A stretch of 26,875 nt of DNA from positions 1 to 26,875 of the IMG/VR virus record IMGVR_UViG_3300044448_007439; one strand, 5' to 3'. The notes below the pieces were generated by a model, which was not told the DNA's origin, searched no databases, and worked only from the letters and a program-made list of their open reading frames with translations. Positions 8,055 through 14,795 of the stretch are shown here, in pieces. Numbering within the stretch: position 1 is the stretch's first letter; each line of letters begins with the position of its first letter. Origin of the DNA: a virus. Taxonomy: Duplodnaviria; Caudoviricetes. Made by a program: the position numbers and the translations under genes.

Positions 8055-8206
8055 TATGGTTGCTCCGGGGCTTCGACCATTTCTTGTGTTCGTTCGTCGA
8101 ATACCATGAGTTTGCCGTTGCGGTAGATTTCGAGGTCGCCGTCTTCCCATGCGTATTTTCTGGCGACTTGGTCGGGTAATGCGGTGGTTGGTCCAGTGTC
8201 AGTCAT
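8054..8206 (-). CDS. Small hypothetical protein (50 aa)
   Basis: Translated by hand: MTDTGPTTALPDQVARKYAWEDGDLEIYRNGKLMVFDERTQEMVEAPEQP; GGAAGGA RBS; coupled at both ends. Confidence 0.65.
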   Translation of the reverse strand: MTDTGPTTALPDQVARKYAWEDGDLEIYRNGKLMVFDERTQEMVEAPEQP

Positions 8207-8355
8207 GTTTTGTCCTTCCCTAAGAGCTTAGCTGCGAGTGTAAGAGCGAGATCTTCGTCGATTGGTCCTTCGCCGTCCCACGGTGTCGTGATCTTTTTTG
8301 GTCGGTTGCGTGGGAGTGGTGGAACCTGTTTTGCTGGTTTTTTGCCGGTTGGCAT
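8203..8355 (-). CDS. Small hypothetical protein (50 aa)
   Basis: Translated by hand: MPTGKKPAKQVPPLPRNRPKKITTPWDGEGPIDEDLALTLAAKLLGKDKT; AGGAAGGAG RBS. Confidence 0.65.
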   Translation of the reverse strand: MPTGKKPAKQVPPLPRNRPKKITTPWDGEGPIDEDLALTLAAKLLGKDKT

Positions 8356-8378
8356 TCTTACTCCTTCCTATTAGATTG

Positions 8379-11300
8379 CTAGTCTACCGTTTCGGAGACG
8401 TAATTGCCAGCGTCATTACGAACGTATAGCTGCTGATTATCTCCATCCCACCAAGCCAACTGATTCTCACGTCTCGCTAGCCGACTCGCCTGCTCCGGCG
8501 ATGCACCCGTAAGTTTCACAGAAACATCCAGAAACAGATCGCCCGAGTCTTCGTCAAGCCACATGCCAACGTTCGCATCAGTCCGAGATCTCAAGCCTTG
8601 CTGAACATCGGGACTCTTCGACCAATCCACTATCGAATCAGCTACTGACTCCTCGGTCCAACCACCAGCGGGTGGACTGTATCGACCCTCGTACGCTTCG
8701 AGCGCCACTATCTTGCCGTCATCAACAAACGACTCGTTGCGCCAATCCCAAGTACCGCCGCCTTCGCCATAAGCACGTTGAGCTAACTCTTTCTTATAGC
8801 CCTGTACTCGGGTAGCCGAACGACGCCCATGCACTTTTTGGTCAGCGTGACCGGGATGCTTAAAAAACGAGATGCTCTTGTACACAGTCGGAGCATCAAC
8901 AACATCCAAATTAATTCGTATTGTTTTTTGTTCGCTCCCCCAAGTCTCGGGTTTATCCGAATCGAATCCTCCGGCGATCGTATTCGACTCAAATCGAGTG
9001 TTTTCTGTTTTGTAAGTGACTTTGAACCTACTGTTTCTTGGGAGAATGATTTCTCTCTCTTCACCGGAACCAGCGATTACTGTCTGACCGTCTTTTAACC
9101 GGATGACGGCTTCGACTCTGGTACCTTTTGCGTCCTCCATGAACCGCTGCTCCACACCGGAGTCTCCTGTGGTCGTTGACACAAAACCTTTATCGACGAA
9201 CTCATCGCCCTCTTTCACGTTCTCCCACATTTTCCCAGACTCGGAGTCTTGAGCAAATCCCATTCCCCGCATTACCGTGATCGGAGGAACCTCCACGCCC
9301 AACTGCTCAGAAGAAAACGCTCGATCCATATTGTCAATCTGATTGGCACCAACGGCGATCTGGGTGAAGTCTTCTGGAAAGTCACTATGTCGTAGCTTGT
9401 CGTTGACGTTGTTCCCGTCCACGTAGTCGGTTAGCTCTCTACGAACATTCTCATCAGCGTTTCTTCGTTTTTGGGTGCTTAGTTTGATTGCTTCTTTGGC
9501 GCTCGTTGCTTTGCCGCTACCGCCACCAGAACCAGCGGCACGACGACCGTGACTCTTCTGATCCTGATGCCCCGGATGCTTAAAAAACGAGACCGACTTC
9601 GCTGTCTTCACCGATGCTGCTCGGATCTCTTCCCACATTTCCGGTACATCATTTTCGTATCCGACCGGGTCTTCAAGCTGCCAACGAGCTATAACCGCTA
9701 CCACATCCTGTTCAGCTTTACTCATAGCTGCGTGCGGCCTCAAATCCATCGTGCCATTCCAATCACCTTGTTGGATCAGAGAGTCTCTGAAGTCTGGAGA
9801 CACTGCCGCCGCATCAATCAACGATTTGCCTTGAGCCTCCAAAGTCGACCGCTGCCTCGTGCTGTCCCAAAAGCCTTTTTCCGCCGCAGTAAGACCAAAA
9901 TCGCTAAATTGTTTCTGTCGAGCAAAATCCCCGAAATGCAAGTCAGACTGACCTTCATCGGGTTTATAGCCATATTTAGCCCACGTATAAGCACCGTTCA
10001 TCGAGTAGTGGGAAACAGCTTGGACTCGCTGATACTCAAACCCTGCAGCAGCAAGCTGCCCTTCGTGATGTCGAAGCATTGTCGTTCCGACACCATTTCC
10101 AGTATGGTCGTCGTAAATTTCCATTATGTCATTCTTGACAAACGCTGGCTTACCTTCCGAGCGTCCATCATTCAGCACTCTTTGAAGTGTCCCGGCGGTT
10201 TCCATCCCGGCTTCTGGAGTCATCACGTAAATGGTTGAGTCAACGGTGCCGTTCTTTCCACCAGCAAACTCGCTGTAGTGAACGTAATCGGCTTCTACGA
10301 TGTACGTTCCGTTTTTTGTTTCGATCTGCATTTCGTACGCATCTCGAGCGAACTCCTCAAACCCTTCAGCGTCATCGCTGTAGTTGTTTTTCATTTTTGC
10401 GGCTCTGACCGTACCAATCGGCGTTTCAACAGCGAAACCGTCCCGAACTTGACCAGCCGAATTAGTGAACTCGATGTCAGTCACACCTCCGCCAGTACTT
10501 GTGCCTCGCCGCCCATGAGCCTTTTGATCTTGATGACCCGGATGTTTGAACAATGGCACCGACTTATATACCGGCTTCGATTCGATTAGCTCAACGTCAA
10601 CAACAAGAATGTCTTTGCTGCCACCGGACCAGTTCTCGTTGTACTCATCGAAAACAGGTCTGCCGTTCTCTGTGCCCATCCATGTGTCCGGGTCGTCTTG
10701 GTCTTGGCCCTGTAAACGAGTCTTACCCGTTACTCGGAACTTGCTGCCCCTCGGCAAAATCAGTTCCTGCTCAGCGTCCATGCCGCCGATCACCGTTGTT
10801 CCAGCGGGAGCGGTGATGTTGAACTGAATGCCTTCCGACTCGCCACGAGCATCACGGTCAATGAAATCTCGAGTAACCGCCGTATTTGTGCTCGTCGATG
10901 TGAAACCCAGATCTGTGAACTCGTCGCCTGCCTCCAGCTTCGACATTGGATGAGCGTCAATACTTCTGTCTGCTTGAACGCCTCGATACAGTTTCGCATC
11001 ACGGGTCAACTCGACACCCATGTTGTCCTGCGAAAACGCTTTATCAAGATTGTCGACTCTGGCTTGCTTCACCGGCAGTGGCATTCCGCCAGTCGTCGTG
11101 TCAGATCTGCTTGTCATTGGGCCATCCGGGTCACGCAAGAATCCGTTAATTTGAGCGTGTTCTGATCCGATATACCCACGGTGCGCTATGCCAGCTTCAC
11201 TGTCCATAGAGTCAAGCGTCGATTTTTGTGTGCTGTATGCAAGAGCTTGCGACGGATAATTAGCTGTCGTAAAACCCCGCACATCGCCCTCTGATGCCGG

Positions 11301-14264
11301 GATATCCTCGCCGAGAAGCTGTCCTGAAGCTGACTGGCCTGACCTACGTTTCCGACCGTGACTCTTCTGATCGGCGTGGCCGGGATGTTTCACTATCCCG
11401 GTTCTTCTCCACAGTAAAATCGAAACCCGAGATCCGAGACTTGCTAAATCGTTGCGACCGGTTCGAACTTTTGGGGCTGCGCTACCAGCGTCCCCTTCTG
11501 CTTTACCGAAGCCTTCGCCGTACTGACCTAACCTTGATTCTGGGCTTTCGGTGCCTGCACGCTCCGACGGAACGATGCTGTAAGCGGCCGAACTCGATCG
11601 CTGACCCCTAGCTGGTATGCCGGGAACGACGTCGGGAGTTGGTCTTTGAGCGCGTGGAATCGAGCCGCCTTGCGCAGTACCAGAGAAGACTTCTGCTTCT
11701 ACATCGACTTTATTTGGGCCGCTCTTAGTGACTTTTGTCACTCGCAGTTGTGATCCACGATCAAGAATTGTTTCGCCTTGACTTTCGTTGCCAGCCAACA
11801 TGCGAGTGCCTGCTGGAACGTTAATAGCGTAATTGACTTGTACTTGTTGCCCGAAGCCTTGACGTCCGATTGCTTCCATGTCGCCTGCTGCATCGACAGA
11901 GTTTTCTCTTGTCGACATAAATCCCAGATCGACTGTTACATCGTTTTGTTTGATTTTGTTTCCAACGATCAGATCGGCTGAGTCTCCGGTTGCGGCGCTG
12001 CCAACTCGTTTTGTTTCTGAGCGATACACAGTTCGTGGTTGTTGCAACTCGAACGAAGCCTCATTGAAAGCTTTGTCCATGCCAGTTTGAACACTTCGTT
12101 CTTCTGGCGACAGATTTTCGTTTCGGGTGCGCAGTTTTTTGTTGACTGCGTTTGCCGTGTTGCCCTCGGTGTAGGAACGATGAGCGCTCTGCGCGTCTTC
12201 GCTTATTGGCTTACCTGTTTTCGGTGAATTTGCTTCACCTCTAATGATTCGTCGACTTTGTGCAGTGGGTTTGAATCCTTGCGAGTTGCCTTCATTTACA
12301 GCAGCAACTCCGCCGCGTCGTACACCGGTAGCTTCTCCTGCGTACGTTGCTCGGCGACCATGAGACTTTTGGTCCTGATGGCCCGGATGCTTGACCAGAA
12401 CGTAATCCCCGTTAGCTAACTTCCCAACTCTCATTGGTTCCTCTAACGATTTACGAGTCGAGAGTTTGTGGCCGCTCGGCAGTAAGTCAGTGTCGAACTT
12501 GCCTCCGGGGAAACGCCCAGTTCTCACTGCTCGCAAAAATGTGTTTACTCGAGCGTAAGCCCACTGATCGGGAGACTTTACGTTGGGTCTCACCGACTGC
12601 GGATTGGTTTTGTAAGCCCCAACGCCTCGCTCAAACACCGACGACAACATCCTCAACGTAACTTTTTTCGATGCTGCGTCGCCGTGCTTTTCGTTGTGCT
12701 CTTCGACTTTGCGTTGCAAGCCATCTCTAACTGATGCGCTAACTGCTTTGCTGACGTTCTTGTCTCGTTGCGAAATCTGCCGTGACCAAGCGAAACCTGC
12801 GTCGCCGCCCCACAACGCCCAAGCGATACGACCCGCTGACGGATACCCCGGTTCGCCTCTATTGAAGCCTTTACCTTTTTTGTCTACTTCGTGGCGAGCA
12901 AAGAAAGAGTGCATTCGTTTCACTGTTGACAGCGACAACGACTTACCATTCGAAATGTCTCGTGCTCTCGCAACACCAACAGCCGTTCCACCACGATTGA
13001 ACTCACGTCGCCACTCGAGACCACGTTTCGCTTCAGCAATCATTCCCGCTGTCGGCTTGTACGACTCTTGTTTCGCAAACATTGGCCCCGTCAAACCGGT
13101 ATCTCGACCTTGAAAGTCGCCGCCGGTTACCGCTCGTCCTTGAGTGCCACCCGGCAGATTCGATAACACCGGGGGAGCGCCCAACTGTTGGAGACGCTGA
13201 TTGCCTTGATTGACTTGCTCTCGGCCACCTATACGATGGCTCAGCAGAACGTTGCCGTAACCATTGGGATGCTGCGGCGTTTTAGAGTTATCGAACACAA
13301 ACGTTTCTTCGAAGTCGACACCAGAACCGGGTCGAGTAAGAATCTCAAAGTTTTCTCTGTTAGCTGTTTTAGCTCCCGGCACTCTGCCAGTGGGACGTGA
13401 CTCGGCTTCTGTCACTGCAGGCGGCACATAACGTCCACCGTGCTTATCGCCTCGTTTTTCTCCACCGACCCAACGATTCGATGCTGACTCGATCGCCATT
13501 TCTGGGTCAGTGTCAACCATGATCGCTCGCATTTCGTAACCAGCGCGTTTAGTTGACGAAATTTTGTCGATCTGCTTTTGCTCGTTTGTGCCCCCAAGTG
13601 TGCCGTCAATCACCACATTCTTTTTTTCGGCCAACAACCGATTGTGGTACATCTTCGAAATATGTGAGCTTTCTTCGTGCACCAAGTTGACCATTTCTCC
13701 GGCCGATGCGCCGTCAACTACTGGCACCATGCCTTTATCGGCCATGATTGATTTGATGTCGTCAGAGTTTTCTCCTGCGTGACTCTTAAACGATCCGTCG
13801 GCGTTCAGTTCAACTCCAACAGCGTCTGCGACCCCGTTTTCCGATTTTTTAAGTATCGATGTTTTACCTGCACCGGGTGGGCCTGCTAGCACGACAGCTT
13901 GACCGTCGGCCGGTACGTCAGCGTTCTTTGCCATCAACTCGTCAACGATTTGGTCGTGCATTGCGGCACGCTGCGGCGTGTAGCTGCCGTCTTCGCGCTT
14001 ATACAGATACTCTGTGTCGAACCGTTCGCCGGTCGCCCAATCTCCGCCATGCTTAGCGTTGTACTCGTCGATCGCTTCGGCTCGAGCTTTGACTTGATTG
14101 ACGTCGTCCCAGTCTTTGACTTCTGGACCATCAAACTTTGCCGCTTTTGCTGCTGCGCCTCGACGGCCTCGTCCATGCACTTTCTGATCCGAGTGACCCG
14201 GATGTTTCTTAACTGGTGTCAATGACACCCCGGCCCGCAAAGCAGCTATTGTCGAGAGTTTCAT
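8379..14264 (-). CDS. Giant multi-effector (polyvalent) protein, ~1961 aa: zeta-like kinase, two small unknown domains, three ADP-ribosyltransferases, GNAT and a C-terminal unknown domain
   Basis: Uninterrupted ORF; likely start MKLSTI at a TAATG overlap (14264); domain motifs listed as separate features; six KHPGHxDQKxHGR repeats. Confidence 0.9.
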   Translation of the reverse strand: MKLSTIAALRAGVSLTPVKKHPGHSDQKVHGRGRRGAAAKAAKFDGPEVKDWDDVNQVKARAEAIDEYNAKHGGDWATGERFDTEYLYKREDGSYTPQRAAMHDQIVDELMAKNADVPADGQAVVLAGPPGAGKTSILKKSENGVADAVGVELNADGSFKSHAGENSDDIKSIMADKGMVPVVDGASAGEMVNLVHEESSHISKMYHNRLLAEKKNVVIDGTLGGTNEQKQIDKISSTKRAGYEMRAIMVDTDPEMAIESASNRWVGGEKRGDKHGGRYVPPAVTEAESRPTGRVPGAKTANRENFEILTRPGSGVDFEETFVFDNSKTPQHPNGYGNVLLSHRIGGREQVNQGNQRLQQLGAPPVLSNLPGGTQGRAVTGGDFQGRDTGLTGPMFAKQESYKPTAGMIAEAKRGLEWRREFNRGGTAVGVARARDISNGKSLSLSTVKRMHSFFARHEVDKKGKGFNRGEPGYPSAGRIAWALWGGDAGFAWSRQISQRDKNVSKAVSASVRDGLQRKVEEHNEKHGDAASKKVTLRMLSSVFERGVGAYKTNPQSVRPNVKSPDQWAYARVNTFLRAVRTGRFPGGKFDTDLLPSGHKLSTRKSLEEPMRVGKLANGDYVLVKHPGHQDQKSHGRRATYAGEATGVRRGGVAAVNEGNSQGFKPTAQSRRIIRGEANSPKTGKPISEDAQSAHRSYTEGNTANAVNKKLRTRNENLSPEERSVQTGMDKAFNEASFELQQPRTVYRSETKRVGSAATGDSADLIVGNKIKQNDVTVDLGFMSTRENSVDAAGDMEAIGRQGFGQQVQVNYAINVPAGTRMLAGNESQGETILDRGSQLRVTKVTKSGPNKVDVEAEVFSGTAQGGSIPRAQRPTPDVVPGIPARGQRSSSAAYSIVPSERAGTESPESRLGQYGEGFGKAEGDAGSAAPKVRTGRNDLASLGSRVSILLWRRTGIVKHPGHADQKSHGRKRRSGQSASGQLLGEDIPASEGDVRGFTTANYPSQALAYSTQKSTLDSMDSEAGIAHRGYIGSEHAQINGFLRDPDGPMTSRSDTTTGGMPLPVKQARVDNLDKAFSQDNMGVELTRDAKLYRGVQADRSIDAHPMSKLEAGDEFTDLGFTSTSTNTAVTRDFIDRDARGESEGIQFNITAPAGTTVIGGMDAEQELILPRGSKFRVTGKTRLQGQDQDDPDTWMGTENGRPVFDEYNENWSGGSKDILVVDVELIESKPVYKSVPLFKHPGHQDQKAHGRRGTSTGGGVTDIEFTNSAGQVRDGFAVETPIGTVRAAKMKNNYSDDAEGFEEFARDAYEMQIETKNGTYIVEADYVHYSEFAGGKNGTVDSTIYVMTPEAGMETAGTLQRVLNDGRSEGKPAFVKNDIMEIYDDHTGNGVGTTMLRHHEGQLAAAGFEYQRVQAVSHYSMNGAYTWAKYGYKPDEGQSDLHFGDFARQKQFSDFGLTAAEKGFWDSTRQRSTLEAQGKSLIDAAAVSPDFRDSLIQQGDWNGTMDLRPHAAMSKAEQDVVAVIARWQLEDPVGYENDVPEMWEEIRAASVKTAKSVSFFKHPGHQDQKSHGRRAAGSGGGSGKATSAKEAIKLSTQKRRNADENVRRELTDYVDGNNVNDKLRHSDFPEDFTQIAVGANQIDNMDRAFSSEQLGVEVPPITVMRGMGFAQDSESGKMWENVKEGDEFVDKGFVSTTTGDSGVEQRFMEDAKGTRVEAVIRLKDGQTVIAGSGEEREIILPRNSRFKVTYKTENTRFESNTIAGGFDSDKPETWGSEQKTIRINLDVVDAPTVYKSISFFKHPGHADQKVHGRRSATRVQGYKKELAQRAYGEGGGTWDWRNESFVDDGKIVALEAYEGRYSPPAGGWTEESVADSIVDWSKSPDVQQGLRSRTDANVGMWLDEDSGDLFLDVSVKLTGASPEQASRLARRENQLAWWDGDNQQLYVRNDAGNYVSETVD
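8895..9445 (-). other. ADP-ribosyltransferase domain 3 (VIP2/exoenzyme-like, R-S-ExE), approximate bounds
   Basis: Y...VNDKLR, TVMRG, DKGFVSTT, EREIILPRNSRFKV. Confidence 0.85.
9735..10480 (-). other. GNAT-like acetyltransferase module, approximate bounds
   Basis: MEIYDDHTGNGVGTTML resembles acetyl-CoA binding motif A (Q/RxxGxG); downstream GAYTWAKYGY resembles the F/WxKxGF motif. Confidence 0.65.
10585..11190 (-). other. ADP-ribosyltransferase domain 2 (R-S-ExE), approximate bounds
   Basis: Y...INGFLR, KLYRGV, DLGFTSTS, EQELILPRGSKFRV. Confidence 0.88.
11685..12200 (-). other. ADP-ribosyltransferase domain 1 (R-S-QxE), approximate bounds
   Basis: YT...VNKKLR, TVYRS, DLGFMST, QGETILDRGSQLRV. 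Confidence 0.82.
13250..13990 (-). other. Zeta-toxin-like P-loop kinase domain, approximate bounds
   Basis: LAGPPGAGKTS Walker A, NSDDIK, VHEESS, NVVIDGT, R...GGRYVP. Confidence 0.82.
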
Positions 14265-14644
14265 TAGTACTGAGTAGAGTCGCGTGGAATCCAATTTGCA
14301 CTGCGTTTACGACGACGTCGGCCAGACCCGCCGTAACCACCCATGTATCTGCGTCGACGGCCGTAACCGTCCATTACGGAAATCATCTCGTCGTCCATGT
14401 CATCTTCGCCGAGAAGCTCACCTTGCGCCTGCATGTCGCCCAAAGCGTGGATTATCTCCATCAACGCTTGCCGCATTTCTTCTGGGGCTTGAAGCCTAAT
14501 AAAGCACTGCCACGCCATCAGAAGATGAGTCATCGGATCAGGTCCGTAATACTCCCCATCATCGCCGTGACCCATCGTGACTTCTTCTTCTTTGAAGACA
14601 CCTTCTCTTCGTTGGCGTTCATCCCAAGCTTCTTTGTCATTCAT
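14264..14644 (-). CDS. Hypothetical protein, acidic body and Arg/Gly-rich tail (126 aa)
   Basis: MNDKEAW start with GAGGAG RBS; stop overlaps the giant gene start. Confidence 0.65.
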   Translation of the reverse strand: MNDKEAWDERQRREGVFKEEEVTMGHGDDGEYYGPDPMTHLLMAWQCFIRLQAPEEMRQALMEIIHALGDMQAQGELLGEDDMDDEMISVMDGYGRRRRYMGGYGGSGRRRRKRSANWIPRDSTQY

Positions 14645-14795
14645 CACTGATCTCCTCAAGGTCAACACCAGCAGTTATTAGCGCCAACTCCGTTGCTCCT
14701 TGCATTGACGTCGAGTAATTAATTACTTCTTCGCCTAGTTCGTCGAAGACCACGTCGTTGAAAAACGGAAGATCGGGCACTTGTTCAAGCTTCAT
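14637..14795 (-). CDS. Small acidic protein (52 aa) directly after the MuF-peptidase gene
   Basis: Translated by hand: MKLEQVPDLPFFNDVVFDELGEEVINYSTSMQGATELALITAGVDLEEISDE; ATGA overlap with the MuF stop. Confidence 0.6.
   Translation of the reverse strand: MKLEQVPDLPFFNDVVFDELGEEVINYSTSMQGATELALITAGVDLEEISDE

Larger units (their letters stand above)
8823..14207 (-). repeat. Six dispersed copies of a 13-aa motif KHPGH[SQA]DQK[VSA]HGR at 14169-14207, 12354-12392, 11352-11390, 10509-10547, 9543-9581 and 8823-8861
   Basis: Read directly in the translation and located in the DNA; 11 of 13 residues invariant while synonymous codons differ. Confidence 0.97.

Noticed and set aside
8823-14207. Dispersed ~39-nt repeats considered as a CRISPR array or DNA-level repeat element
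   Set aside because: Spacing is 0.7-1.8 kb, all copies are in frame and they vary mostly at synonymous positions, so conservation is at the protein level
8379-14264. Giant ORF as tape measure protein or intein-containing protein
   Set aside because: No helical tape-measure repeats and no intein C/S...HN junction motifs noticed; globular enzyme motifs are present instead
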